DNA from: Octopus vulgaris
Taxonomy: Eukaryota
Assembly: GCA_951406725.2 (NCBI GenBank)
Contig: OX597832.1
Coordinates: 48,732,001-48,796,000, forward strand
DNA: 64,000 bases
Direction: 5' to 3'
A model generated the notes under the pieces. That model had not been told where the DNA came from. It worked only from the letters and a program-made list of their open reading frames with translations, and ran no database searches. Position 1 is the stretch's first letter, and each line of letters opens with the position of its first letter. The translations under genes were made by a program, and so were the position numbers. Below are positions 26,910 through 40,430 of this stretch, piece by piece.

Positions 26910-27700
26910 GGTGTGTGTGCACCTGTATGTACGTATGCAAGTGTTGTGTATGTACGTATGTATATGTTGTGGGTGTGTTGTGTGCGTAGTGCGTGCTTTG
27001 TGTGTAGTGTGTGCATGGGTCTGTGTGTGTGCGAGTATATGTGTATGTGTGTGTATGTGCGTGTGTGTATGCGTGTGCGGGGATTTGTGCGTGGGTTGTG
27101 TCTGTGGAGTATATGTGCGTTCCTCTATGTGTGTGTGTGTCTGTGCGTTCGTGCCTGTGTGTGTGTATGTGTGTGTGAACGAGGGGTTGTGTGTGGAGGC
27201 ATATGTACGTTTTTTGTGTGTGTATGCACGTGCGCGCGCGTGTGTGTGTGGGTGTGTTCGTATGTGCGCATTTGTGTATGTATGTTTATGTGTGTGTGCA
27301 TTCCTGTACGTGTGTATGTTTGTGTGTGTGCACGCATGTATGTATTTGTTGTGTGTTTGCGTGTGCATGCGCGCATGTATGTGTGTTGTGTGCGCGCGCG
27401 TGTGTGTGGATTGTGTCAGAAGTATATGTGAGGTATATGTGCATTGATGTGTGTGCGCGTGCGTGTATGTGAGCATATGTGTGTAATGTATACGTGTGTG
27501 TGTGCGTGCGTGTGCATGTGTGTGTATGAGCGCGTGTGTACGTGAGTGTTTGTATGGAGTTGTCTAATGTGGAGGTATATGTGCATTACAGTGTACATAC
27601 GTGTGTGTGGGTACGTGTATGTGCATGTGTGTGTATGTGCGTGTGTGTGTGTGTGCGTGTGTGTATATGTGTGTCTGCATGTAAGTGTGTGTGTATATGC
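26910..27700. repeat. Degenerate (GT)n-rich tract
   Basis: Directly visible; source of the CV/HT pseudo-ORFs. Confidence 0.9.
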
Positions 27701-28213
27701 GCAAGCATAGACTTTATAACGAGTACGCATGCGCCACTTTTTGTTTTCCTATTGTACAATGTCGGAGTGACAGTTATTTCATTATTACACTCAGTTGATA
27801 TGAAAGAATGCACGTAATACTCAAGTGTTCTAATTGTTTCAGCTTATTTACTCGTAAAATATACTCCTTGGAGTAAATATGTCGACATATGAGCCAGCAG
27901 AACGAAGATGCTAAGTAGGTATTCTAGAGGAAGTATCCTCCAGTTTATCATTTATATTTCATGGTATTGTGTAACTACGGACATTGCTGACTTAACTCAA
28001 CTGGTGTTTGTTTTGACAAACAGAATTTTCTTAAGGTCAAAGTGGCATCTTTACACACACACATGCACGCACACACACATACACACACACATATATGTAT
28101 ATATAAATGTATTCATTATATATATTATTATATATATTATATATATTATATTATATTATATATATATTATATATATATATAATTTAATATTTTTAATATT
28201 TAATATTGTTGGA

Positions 28214-28299
28214 GTCCCATGCTGATGAAGAAAATGGTTGGGTAAAGTATAATTCTATATTATTTATACCGATCAAATTCCGAAACGCGTACATGGGAC
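28214..28299 (+). ncRNA. Type I hammerhead ribozyme, canonical core
   Basis: gucccaug CUGAUGA a gaa..ugguugg...ccgauca..uuc c GAAA CGCG UA caugggac. Perfect 8-bp stem I; palindromic stem III ACGCGU. Cassette at about 28200-28475 lies in TA-rich DNA. Confidence 0.88.
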
Positions 28300-28511
28300 C
28301 AGATATAGATTGATTTTCGTTATTTTTCCTCTCTGCCTGCGTGGATTGTTTTCAAGTATTTTGGTTTTTCAGGGTGTCCCTTTTTAAAGTAGAAGAAATA
28401 GCTAAGGTTTTTTGGCTGCTATTTCTAAACTTCGGTATGTGGTAAAGTAAATCTTTGCTGAACCCTAATTATAAAGTATTACTTATATTATATTATATAT
28501 ATTATAATTTG

Positions 28512-28762
28512 AAGGCGCATGACTCAGTGGTTAGAGCGTCGAGCTTACGATCGTGAGTTTGTGAGCTCGAATCCCGGACCGGGCTGCGTGTTGTGTTCTT
28601 GAGCAACACACTTTATTTCACTTTTCTCCAGTTCACTCAGCTGTAGAAATGAGTTGCGACGTCACAGGTGCTAAGCTGTATCGGCCTTTGCTTTTACCTT
28701 GGATAACATCAGTGGTGTAGAGAGGGGAGGCTGGTATGCGTGGGCAACTACTGGTCTTCCAT
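28512..28762 (+). mobile_element. SINE family D-related copy (tRNA head, CORE-like)
   Basis: gaaggcgcatgactcagtggttagagcg...gttgtgttcttgagcaa; reverse-oriented relative at 33395-33735. Confidence 0.85.
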
Positions 28763-29602
28763 ATAGAGTTCCAAAAATGAGTGTATTTGAGTATTTTCAT
28801 AATTGTTTGTTACAATCTGCAGTTATTTGAAAGCATGTAACTTTGAAAGAGGTTTCAATGATTTTTCTGCTTACTTACTGCATATTTTCATATTCTCTGT
28901 TGAATCCATTGCAAAATAACTACAAATATATGGCGGTAGATTTATTTACAACACAATAGACCAATAACTGTTGATTGTAACAACAAACCTTTCTTATAAG
29001 TACATTTTCCTATGAAATCGAAGAAAATGGCGGCAAAGTGGAGGTAGACGATTACGGTACAGAAAGGCTGTGATAGATTGAATTGGAGTCATTACATCGT
29101 TTGTATATGCCTATGGAATATAATAAAATTATATGTAGGACATTGGTAGTTTTTGAAGCTTGGGTTCAGAGAAGTAATATTGTATTACATTGGGTATGGT
29201 ACTCTTAAGTGTGTGAAAAGAGTTTTTATTTTATTGCATATTCAGTTCAACATCAAAGAGTTAAAACGGAGTAACTTTCGTTTTAGTTTTCTTTATCCTA
29301 ATGTTTTCCATTTCCATATTACAAATTTATGATTTTCACATGTGATGCTATTCGGAAGTTGATAAAATAATACTTTACCAAGTGCATATCACTCTAAACG
29401 GCAGAGTTCATATATTTATGCTTGCTTTTATTTGCATTAGCATTCGAAACGATTGATATTTACTCTGTGCATATAGCGGATTTGGTGTTCAGATTTCTGT
29501 GGAGTGTCACCAGATGGAATTCACGCATTTATTTCATGATAGCATATCTTAAACGCTTCCTTAGTGATTTCAGATAGCATATCTTAAACGCTTCCTTAGT
29601 GA

Positions 29603-30370
29603 TTACATCGACCTCAGCACGCAACTGGTACTTAATTTATCGACCCCGAAAAATGAAAGGCAAAGTCGACCTCGGCGAAATTTGAACTCAGAACATAGCG
29701 ACAGGCGAAATACTCGTAAGCATTTCGCTCGACGTGCTAATGTTTCTTATTTCTTTATTGTCCACAAGGAGCTAAACATAGAGGGGACAAACAAGGACTG
29801 ACAAAGGGATTAAGTCGATTACATCGACCCCAGTCCGCAACTGGTACTTAATTTATCGACTTCCAAAGGATGAAAGGCAAAGTCGACCTCAGCGGAATTT
29901 AAACTCAGAACGAAAAGACAGACGAAATACCGCTAAGCGTTTCACCTGGCGTACTAACGTTTCTTATTTCTTTATTGCTCACGGGGGCCTAAACATAGAG
30001 GGGACAAACAAGGACAGACAAAGGCATTAAGTCGATTACATCGACCCCAGTCCGCAACTGGTACTTAATTCATCGACCCCGAAAGGATGAAAGTCAAAGT
30101 CGACCTCGGCAGAATTTAAACTCAGAACATAAAGACAGACGAAATACCTATTTCTTTACTACCCATAAGGGGCTAAACACAGAGAGGACAAACAAACGGA
30201 TTAAGTCGATTATATCGACCCCAGTGCGTAACTGGTACTTATTTAATCGACCCCGGAAAGATGAAAGGCAAAGTCGACCTCGGCGGAATTTGAACTCACA
30301 ACATAGCAGCAGACGAAATAACGCTAAGCATTTCACCCGGCGTGCTAACGTTTCTGCCAGCTCTCCGGCT
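29603..30370 (-). mobile_element. Tandem array of four family A SINE units
   Basis: gatta(c/t)atcgacc.cag..cg.aactggtactta...aaagtcgacctc recurs at about 29603, 29817, 30035 and 30208. Only the rightmost unit has the complete tRNA head. Confidence 0.92.
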
Positions 30371-30724
30371 TCAACGTGTGTTTTTTTGCATTAACGCACA
30401 AGTGCTCTTTTAGCTATCGTGTGTGTGTGTGCGTGTGTGTGTGTGATAGTATCATTATTTTCCTGTGTCTGTGTGAGTGTAAGTTATATATCACCTGTCA
30501 GAACAGAATACATAAATATCTGAATTATTGATTAATTTCTTCCAAGACGTTTGCAGGGGGGGGGGGGGGATCGAGATGGGAGGAGGGGAGCATGTGGAGA
30601 TTGATCGTGTCTTTCATAGATGAAATCTGCTGACAGGTTAATGTAGGTGTGCTGACACTGATAATGGTCAATCCGAGGAGGGGGGGGGGTGCTGGAGTGA
30701 CCGGAATGGCTTTTAGTATAGGAG

Positions 30725-30827
30725 AATGGTAGTGGTGGTGGTGGTGGCGGCAGTGATGGCGGTGGTTGTGGTAATAGTAGTGGTGATTGTGTCACTGTTG
30801 ATGGTAACATTGTTTATTGTTGTTTCT

Positions 30828-30862
<35 letters not shown>

Positions 30863-31135
30863 TTGTGGTGGTGGTTGTCGACGGTGGTGGTAGGAGCAGC
30901 AATAATAACAGCAAAGCAGCGGCAGCAACAGCTGCGGTAATAGGGGTGACGGTGGAATAGCGTTGGTGGTCTAAATGAAAATCATGTTGCTATCTTTTTT
31001 CTTCTTCTTCTTCTTCTTCTTCTTCTTCTTCTTCTTCTTCTTCTTCTTCTTCTTCTTCTTCTTCTTCTTCTTCTTCTTCTTCTTCTTCTTCTTCTTCTTC
31101 TTCTTCTTCTTCTTCTTCTTCTTCTTCTTCCTCTT
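30725..31135. repeat. (GGT)n, (GTA)n and long (TTC)n microsatellites
   Basis: Directly visible. Confidence 0.95.
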
Positions 31136-32354
31136 CTGTTGCTGTTGCTGTTGAGCGGTCCGGTCCGAACTGTCCGAGCCTATAAGCTACTAAGAATACG
31201 TGTGTGGCAACTTGAAGATCCACCCACCACACGCGATAGACTGGCGGTTGCACGGGTGCGAAAGCTCCGTTGCTATCTTCATTCCGTAAACGGTGGCTTT
31301 TTAACGGGTGGAGAGCTGAACCATCCTGGAGTACAGAATATTCGCAATCTAGACTAGGGTCGGAAAGTTTCCCACACCATAATGGGTTACAGCATGGGTC
31401 CTGCTTTGTGGCAGATGTAGGAAGAAAGAGTAATAGTAAGTACCAGTAATACAATGTGTCTCTTAAATTGACACTAAAAACGTATGGTCTTGTATCAATT
31501 TTTATTATTGAATAATTTCAATTCATCTGTAAATCATTTAACTGATTCAACCAATTACAAAAAATTAGGGATTATCTCCCAAATCCTTATCTTCGATAAA
31601 CAGACGTGTGTAAGCTTGTATCAAACTTCATCGTGATACACAAATGCCGTATTAACTGAAAATCATGTTGTCACTAGATTAGATGTATCGAATTTTGTTT
31701 AGTCATAGTTTAACTCTGATTCAGAAGATTTATGTCCAAAGGTGTTGTAGCAGTGACGTCATAGTATTAGAGGAGTTGTAACTGTTATGTTATAGTGTAT
31801 CAAGAAGTGACGGATGTCTTCTAGCTGCCAACTCTCTGACTAACCAGCTGGTTCTCGTTTAATAAACCTTTCCTTCATTCAAGAATATAAGCCACTGTTC
31901 AGCCAACCAAGTTATTTATTAATCGTTTATGCAACCACATGTCCGTTGAACCAAACGAAAGTAAATTCAACAAACAAACTAACATTTATGCAATCAATCA
32001 ACTACACTAGCTACCTTCATGATCGTTCAGCCAATCATTTCTTCGTCCAATCAATCACACCATCGTTGAATCAATTAATGAAGCATAAAGCTCAGAGACT
32101 CAAATATTTGTTCACCCACTGAATTTTCACTTAACCAACCAAATCCTCGTTCAAGTAAACATATCTGTGTTCATACGAGCAATCTTTGTTCAAATACCTA
32201 AATGTAATCATCAACACTCTCTAGTTACAAGACACATATTTCTCTCTAAATATCTACACACCAGGATCAATGAGCCCTCACGAAGTTCTGCACAAAAGAC
32301 AAAATTGAACAGGATACGCTTAAATGTAGGCTATAACGAAAATATAAGCGACGA

Positions 32355-32845
32355 AATACCTATATCATAATTGCCCGCAGGGGGCTAAACATAGAGGGGA
32401 CAAACAAGTACAGACAAACGTATTAAGTCGATTACAACGACCCCAGTGCGTCACTGGTACTTAACTTATCGACCCTGAAAGGATAAAAGGCAAGGTCGAC
32501 CTCGGCGGAATTTGAACTCAGAACGTAGCGGTAGACGAAATACCGCTAAGCTTTTCGCCCGGGGTTCTAGCGATTCTGCCAGCCCGTTGCCTTAATGACT
32601 GTGTTAATATTAATCTGTGAGTCAAGGCAGTGAGGTGGCTGAATTGTTAGCTCAACGAGCAAGATGCTTAGCGGTATTTTGTCCATCTTTACATTCGAAT
32701 TTCAAATTCCACTGAAAACTACTTAATCTTTCAACCTATCGGGGACAATAAGATGCGTACCAGTTGAGCACAGAGGTCGATTTAATCGACTTACCCCGCC
32801 CCCCTACTAAAAACTACTGGCATTGAGCCAAAGTTTGAAACCAAT
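32355..32845. mobile_element. Head-to-head pair of family A SINEs (32355-32592 minus, 32626-32845 plus and older)
   Basis: Family A motifs occur in both orientations. Confidence 0.85.
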
Positions 32846-33394
32846 ATTCACCCATGAATCTATAAATTGAAACAACACCCTATTGCAGAAGTAACTGTCT
32901 CACTCAACGTCAAAGTCCTTAAAAATATGGGAGAGAAAAAATGGCAAATATTGTTTTGTGATGGTTGTTAACTAATGCAGTTTACGAAATACTCTTTGGA
33001 CTTTACACTCATTATGAGAAGAATGAAGAGAGACAGATCTAAAGCAATGTGGGTCTCCCGAACAATGAGTGTTGGAAAACAAAGAATATTCTGTTCATAA
33101 GCTACAGGTGAAAGTCTCATGATTTTCTATATATTTTCATTTTACGAACTCCCTGTCGAACATAAACTTTAAACAACAACACATAAAGGCACTCTCTCTC
33201 TTTCTCTCTCTCTCACACACACAAAGACACAGATACACGCACGCACACACTCACACGCACACCACACACAGACACACACATACACGCATATATATATATA
33301 TATATATACACACAAGCATATATATATATATACATATATATATACATACATATGTATATTTATATATATATACATATATATATACATACATATG

Positions 33395-33735
33395 TATATT
33401 TAAAGGCTGCCTTCGGTCATGACTGACCATGGGATTGCACCTAGAAAGTTACCCTCTAGGCGCAAGTCCGGGCAAGGTTGTTTATGGAAGACCAGCAGTT
33501 GGCCATGCATACTGGCCTCCCCTCTCCATGCCACCAATGTTATCCAAGGGAAAGGCAAAGGCCAGTACAGCTTGGCACCTGTGTCGTCGCAACTCATTTC
33601 TACAGGTGTGTGAACTGGAGCAACATGAAATAAAGTATCTTGCTCAAGAACACAACACGCAGCCCAGTCCGGAATTCGAACTCACAACCTGACGATCGCA
33701 AGCTCGACGCTCTGACCACTGAGCCATGCGCCTTC
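33395..33735 (-). mobile_element. SINE family D-related copy, near full length
   Basis: Reverse complement of the gaaggcgcatggctcagtggt..gagttcgaattcc head; matches 28512-28762. Confidence 0.88.
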
Positions 33736-33741
33736 ACTATA

Positions 33742-33789
<48 letters not shown>

Positions 33790-33839
33790 TTTGTTTTTCC
33801 AGTTTCAGCTCTTGAGCTGTGGCCATGCTGGGGCACCGC

Positions 33840-34003
33840 CATTGTGGTGAAAGAGTACAGCAGGGATCACCACCCCTGCCGGAGCCTCGTAGAGCTTTTA
33901 GGTGTTTTCGCTCAATAAACACACACAACGCCCGGTCTGAGAATCGAAATCGCGATCCTGCGACCGCGAGTCCGCTGCCCTAACCACTAGGCCATTGCGC
34001 CTC
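33840..34003 (-). mobile_element. SINE family C, 5' half
   Basis: gcgagtccgctgccctaaccactaggccattgcgcctc. Confidence 0.88.
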
Positions 34004-34058
<55 letters not shown>

Positions 34059-34097
34059 GCACACACACACACACAGATATATATATACATGTATATA

Positions 34098-34324
34098 TAC
34101 ATGGTCAAAGATAGGTGCAACAGTTATTTAGTACGAGGAGAATATTCATTTCATTTCTGTATTTCTTTTTCCTTTAACCTACGAGATTCAGAATTCGACA
34201 AAGGGGTCTGCGGGAGATGCCTAGCTCATTGAGAGCCCTTCTTTTTTAATTTCTGAGGACTTTGAGTGAATGGAAAGCCCACTCATATTAATCAACTGAA
34301 TACCTACTTTTGCCCATGCCTGTA
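34098..34324. mobile_element. Probable Tc1/mariner-type MITE
   Basis: Imperfect TIRs catggtcaaagataggt / acctacttttgcccatg in TA context. Confidence 0.5.
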
Positions 34325-34738
34325 TGCATTATACATACATATAATATACATAGGGTGGTGCTGTGTGGGTGTGTATGTTTTGTGAGTGTATCTGTTTGCA
34401 CGTACGTATATACGCATCACTGTCAGTATAGGTTTTTCTTTTGTATGTGTCTTATGGTTCAATAAACATCCAGTCTTTGCAAGTTTTTTTTCTGATTTTG
34501 CACACAGGGATGTGTTAGCTACATGTCATGTTCTGCTTATGTTTTAAATACAAAAAAAAAAAACAAAAACAAAAAAAACTACAACAAAAAAACAAACACA
34601 AAAAATATTTGCACAAGAAATAATTTTCCGCACGAAAACATTGTGTGTAGTGAAGCGTTTTACATACAAAAGATGAAAATGCAATATGCATATATACATG
34701 TATATATGTATATATGTATACATGTATATATGCATATA

Positions 34739-34780
<42 letters not shown>

Positions 34781-34792
34781 TATAATATTTAT

Positions 34793-34834
<42 letters not shown>

Positions 34835-34838
34835 TGAA

Positions 34839-34961
<123 letters not shown>

Positions 34962-35076
34962 ATATGCATTAAGCTATGAAATCTGGTACGAATGTACACA
35001 ATAGATATAACACCACATGCAAGCACAAACACGCACAACCACATTCAGATATTCATGCACGCACATGAATACAAAC

Positions 35077-35520
35077 GTGGCAGCGTGGTACAAAGCTTGC
35101 TTCCCAATCCGGCTTCAATCCCACTGGCCCCGGGTTCAATTCCACTGTGTGGCACCTTGGGCAAGAGTCTTTTATTATAACCTCGGGCCGACCAAAGCCT
35201 TGTGAATAGATTTGGTGGAAGGACTCTGAAAGAAGTCCATCGTGTATACACACATAAACACACACGTACGCACACACACATACATACATACACACACACA
35301 CACAAGCACACAAATGCATATGTGTATCAGTGTCTTCATGTCTGTGTGTGTCCCCCAACACTTCTTGACAACCGGTGCCAGTGTGTCTTGTAAATTAGTG
35401 GTTCGGCAAAAGAGAGCGATGGCTTAACAAAAATTAATCGCTGGGGTCGATTCATTCGACAAGAAATTCTTCAAGGCTGTGCCCCAGCATGGCCGTACTC
35501 TAATGAACAAAACAAGTAAG
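35077..35520 (+). mobile_element. SINE family B copy, decayed
   Basis: ggcaccttgggcaag..cctcgggccgaccaaagccttgtga...ccagcatggccg. Confidence 0.85.
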
Positions 35521-35644
35521 CACACGAAAACCGGTCTGGGACAAAAACACACACACGCGCACACGCACTCATACAAGGACACACACAGACACAGACACCC
35601 ACACACACACACGCCCACATACATGTATATATATACATGTATAT

Positions 35645-35661
35645 ATATAAATCTATATAAA

Positions 35662-35697
<36 letters not shown>

Positions 35698-35905
35698 AAT
35701 CTATATAAATATATATATATATATATATATAAATCTATATAAATCTATATATATAAATCTATATAAATCTATATAGATATATATATATATATAAATCTAT
35801 ATAAATCTATATATATATATATATATATATAAATCTATATAAATCTATATATATATATATATATATATATAAATCTATATAAATCTATATATATATATAT
35901 ATATA
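35645..35905. repeat. (TA)n array interrupted by AATCTATATA units
   Basis: Directly visible compound micro/minisatellite. Confidence 0.9.
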
Positions 35906-35944
35906 TTATATTATATTATATTATATTATATTATATTCTTTTAT

Positions 35945-36354
35945 TCTTTTACTTGTTTCAGTCATCTGACTGTGGCCATGCTGGAGCACTACCTTTAGTC
36001 GAGCTGATCGACTCCAGGACTTATTCTTTGTAAGCCTAGTACTTATTCTAACGTGTCTTTTGGCGAACCGCTAAGTTACGGGGACGTAAACGCGCCAGCA
36101 TCGTAAACACACAAGTGATGTTGGGGGGACAAAAACAGACACACAAAGATACACACACACACACACACAGACACACATATACATAAATATATATATACGA
36201 TGGGCTTCTTTCAGTTTCCGTCTGCCAAATCCACTGACAAGGCTTTGGTCGGCCCGAGGCTATAGTAGAGGTCACTTGCCCAAGGTGCCACGCAGTGGGA
36301 CTCAACTCGGAACCATGTGGTGGTTCGTGAGCAAGCTACTTACCACACAGCCAT

Positions 36355-36387
<33 letters not shown>

Positions 36388-36590
36388 CGGCGGGCTTCTT
36401 TCAGTTTCTGTCTACCAAATACACTCACAAGGCTTTGATCGGCCTGAGGCTATAGTAGAAGACACTTGCCCAAGACGCCACGCAGTGGGACTGGATCCGG
36501 AACTATTTGGTTCGTAAGCAAGCTACTTACTACACAGCCACTCTGTCTATACCACACAGCCACTCTGTCTATACCACACAGCCACTCCTA
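35945..36590 (-). mobile_element. SINE family B copy with a duplicated 5' half
   Basis: Head segment gggcttctttcagtttc..taccacacagcca occurs at 36200-36353 and again at 36390-36545. Confidence 0.88.
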
Positions 36591-36623
36591 CGTCTATGTG
36601 TACATTTCAATTACGTCAATTAC

Positions 36624-36659
<36 letters not shown>

Positions 36660-37712
36660 TTTTTGCGATTATTGTCCCACGGCTTGACAACCGTTGTCAT
36701 TTGAAAGACATGCTAAATACTGTACTGAGATGATTTTTTAACGCATAAACTGTTAAAAGTGGTGCTCCAACAGGAAAAGAAAATCCCTTTATAGATGTAT
36801 TGAGTTAAAAGCGAACGTAAGAGCGACATGATAAGTAATTCGCCGTCTGTGTGACTTTTCAATGTCACCTTCTGGTGTCATTTCCGAAACGAAATCGAAT
36901 TAGCCAGATGGCGCCACATAAGCAGAGTTAAATTCGAATTATGCCATAAAAAACAGCTATATAGTAAAATCTTTATCTAATAGATCACACTTAACGCATG
37001 CGCAAAGCCAAGAACTGCAAATTTTCCTTCCTTGAAAAATTCCTTTACACACACACACACACACACACACGCACGCACGCATGCACACACACACAAGTAT
37101 ATATTACATTATTTATTATATATGTGTTTTTATTTATGTATGTATGTATGCCCACACACAAATACACACACACATGCATGCACACACAAAAATACACACA
37201 CACGCAAGCATACACACAAAGGCTCAGTGATAGCTTTGATAACACAACACACACTGACACACACACACACTCACACACTCACACACACACACACACACAC
37301 ACACACTGACACACACACACACACACTCACCCCCCCCACACACAGATACACACACACAAACACAACCATTCCTAATTTTAGCTTTAATCTTGCTCTTATT
37401 AGGGCAGGTTGTTACGTCACTAATCGCTTCAGCACATACAATTACTGAAAAATTAAACTTACAATGTCACTTGGAATATAATGGCGAACTTCCACAAACA
37501 CACTATAGCTGAAAATATAATGCCGTTGTTTTCGATGAGCGATACTTTAGTCAATAACCCTGCTTGAATCCAAAAAGATTGAAATAATCTAAATTTTACC
37601 AAAAAGCTGCACAGAAGATTTGCTCCCGTTTACATAGCATTTACTTATACTATTTGAAGCGGTAATATTTATGTCCCCTTAAACGTGTTACAACAAACTA
37701 TACTGTGGTAGT

Positions 37713-38095
37713 TGTGGAGGCGCAATGGCCCAGCGGTTAGGGCAGCGGACTCGCGGTCGTAGGATCGCGGTTTCGATTCCCAGACCGGGCATTGTGAGTG
37801 TTTATTGAGCGAAAACACCTAAAGCTTCACAAGGCTCCTGCAGGGGGTGGTGGTGAACCCTGCTGTACTCTTTCACCACAACTTTCTCTCACTCTTTCTT
37901 CCTGTTTCTGTTGTACCTGTATTTCAAAGAGCCAGCTTTGTCACACTCTGTGTCACGCTGAATCTCCTCGAGAACTACGTTAAGGGTGCACGTGTCTGTG
38001 GAGTGCTCAGCCACTTACACGTTAATTCCACGAGCAAGCTGTTCCGTTGATCGTATCAGCTGGGACCCTCATCGTCGTAACCGACGGAGTGCTCC
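37713..38095 (+). mobile_element. SINE family C, full-length copy
   Basis: gtggaggcgcaatggcccagcggttagg...accgacggagtgct; a(t/a)actgtggtagtt on both flanks looks like a TSD. Confidence 0.93.
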
Positions 38096-38186
38096 TAAAC
38101 TGTGGTAGTTACCACGGGAGAAATTTTTATATTGGCTTTTGGTGCAAAATGCACTCTTATTAACATCGCAAGCGGGGAGATAAATC

Positions 38187-38418
38187 CCTATTTCTTTATT
38201 ACCTACAAGGGGCTAAACACAGAGGAGACAAACAAGGGCAGACTAACGGATTAAGTTGATTACATCGACCCCAGTGCATAACTGGTACTTAATTTATCGA
38301 CCCCAAAAGGATGAATGGCAAAGTGGACCTCGGCAGAATTTGAACTCAGAACGTAAAGACAGGCGAAATACCGTTGAGCATTTCGCCCGGTGTGCTAACG
38401 TGTCTGCCAGCTCGCCGC
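38187..38418 (-). mobile_element. SINE family A, full-length copy
   Basis: Reverse complement of 19072-19302. Confidence 0.92.
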
Positions 38419-38439
38419 ATAAAGCGGAGACATACTAAA

Positions 38440-38897
38440 CATATTAAGCTTTTCGTGGAAGAAGGTTTATGTTCCTATAACCTGTGTTAATTCTGTAACC
38501 CATTAAAATAGAAGATAAGAAAGTTCCTTTTCGGCAATTGATGCTTTGGGAACCAGACAAAAATTGCTGCAGCTCGGCTGGGATGTGTTACCCCACCCTC
38601 CATATTCACCAGATATTGCTCCTTCGGATTTCCACTTATTCAGGTCTCTGCAGAATAGTCTTAATGATAAAAATTTCAATTCTTTGGATGACGTAAAAAG
38701 ATACCTTGATGAATTCTTTGCCATGAAACCACCTCAATTCTAGGAAGAGGGTATTTTCAAGTTAAAGGAAAGATGGAGACGCATTGTGCAACAAAATGGT
38801 TCATATTTGGTTGATTAAAAATGTAATGGCGAGTATTCGTTGATTGACCATTTCCTTTCCTTTAAAAATTGGCACGAACTTTCCGGACAACCCAATA
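38440..38897 (+). mobile_element. Internally deleted mariner element
   Basis: TRQKLLQLGWDVLPHPPYSPDIAPSDFHLFRSLQN (the YSPDLAPSD mariner motif); 3' TIR cacgaactttccggacaacccaa + TA. Confidence 0.93.
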
Positions 38898-38904
38898 ATT
38901 TTTT

Positions 38905-39132
38905 TGTAAAGTGTTGGTACTTATCCTATCGGCATCATTTTGGGCAACCTCTAGGTTACGGGAACAGAAACAAACGGACTCCCATTATCAAGCGGTTGGT
39001 AGTAAGACCGATACAAACACAAAGATACGCACATACACGCACTCACACATAAGATCACACACACACACACTCACAAACATATATATACGTATACAAACAC
39101 ACACGCACACACACACACATACAAACACCCAC

Positions 39133-39168
<36 letters not shown>

Positions 39169-39256
39169 TACACGACACTTGCCCAAAGTGCCACGTAGTG
39201 GGACTGAACCCGGAACCATGTGGTTCGTTAGCAACCTACTTAGCACACAGCAACTC

Positions 39257-39258
<2 letters not shown>
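38905..39258 (-). mobile_element. SINE family B copy, decayed
   Basis: gacacttgcccaaagtgccacgtagtgggactgaacccggaaccatg. Confidence 0.8.
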
Positions 39259-39312
<54 letters not shown>

Positions 39313-40153
39313 ATACATACATACATACATACATACATACATACATACATACATACATACATACATACACACGCACACACATACACACGCATATATATAT
39401 ATACATACATATATATATGTACACGCTGCTTTCATAAATAAAAAAAAAATGGCAAACAGGAGAAATAGCTTATATTTTCTAATGTAAGCATGAAGCTTTA
39501 CACAATCAGATTTGAAGCTCAAACAAACCAACTCTGTTTTAGAAACGCAGCGTAACGTAATGAAATGTAACGTGATGTGATGTAATGTAATGTAATGTAA
39601 TGTATTGTATTGTAATGCTTATAGATAGGACCACACTCAGGAGAGAGCTGTCAGAAATCAATTGTAGCATGTATACCTGCTTGGCAGGTGCAGCACTGAC
39701 ATTTAAATGCATTAAAATAAGAATTGTTATAGTAACAGAACACGCTTCAAGCGTATACACAGAAGCATAAATACGCTCACATATATATATATATATATAT
39801 AAGCATACATAGACATATGCAATGCATATAAATATGAATGGGTGTGTGTATATAAATATATACATATATACGTATGTATATATATAAGCATAAATAGAAG
39901 ACATACATACATACATACATACAAACATATATATATATGTATATATATGTATATATGTATGTATGTATGTATATATATGTTTGTATACGTTTATGAAGAT
40001 AGATATAAACATAGATAACATACATATGTATAGGTATATATATATACACATATATATCTCTGTGTGTATACATATATATATATATGATTAAATTATCCCA
40101 TACAACTCTGTGACAGTAAACTTTTAAAGCTCGTTTCAAAACTCCTATAACCA

Positions 40154-40430
40154 TTCTTCTTCTTCTTCTTCTTCTTCTTCTTCTTCTTCTTCTTCTTCTT
40201 CTCCTCCTTCTCCTTCTTCTCCTTCTCCCTCTATTTCTTCTTCTTCTCCTTCTCCCTCTATTTCTTCTTCTTCTTCTTCTTCTTCTTCTTCTTCTTCTCC
40301 TCCTCCTTCTCCTTCTTCTCCTTCTCCCTCTATTTCTCCTTCTTCTTCTTCTTCTTCTTCTTCTTCTTCTTCTTCTTCGTCTTCTCCTTCACCTCCCCCT
40401 CCTCTTCTCTTTCTACTTCTCTTTCTTCTC
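40154..40430. repeat. (TTC/CTC)n low-complexity tract
   Basis: Directly visible. Confidence 0.95.
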
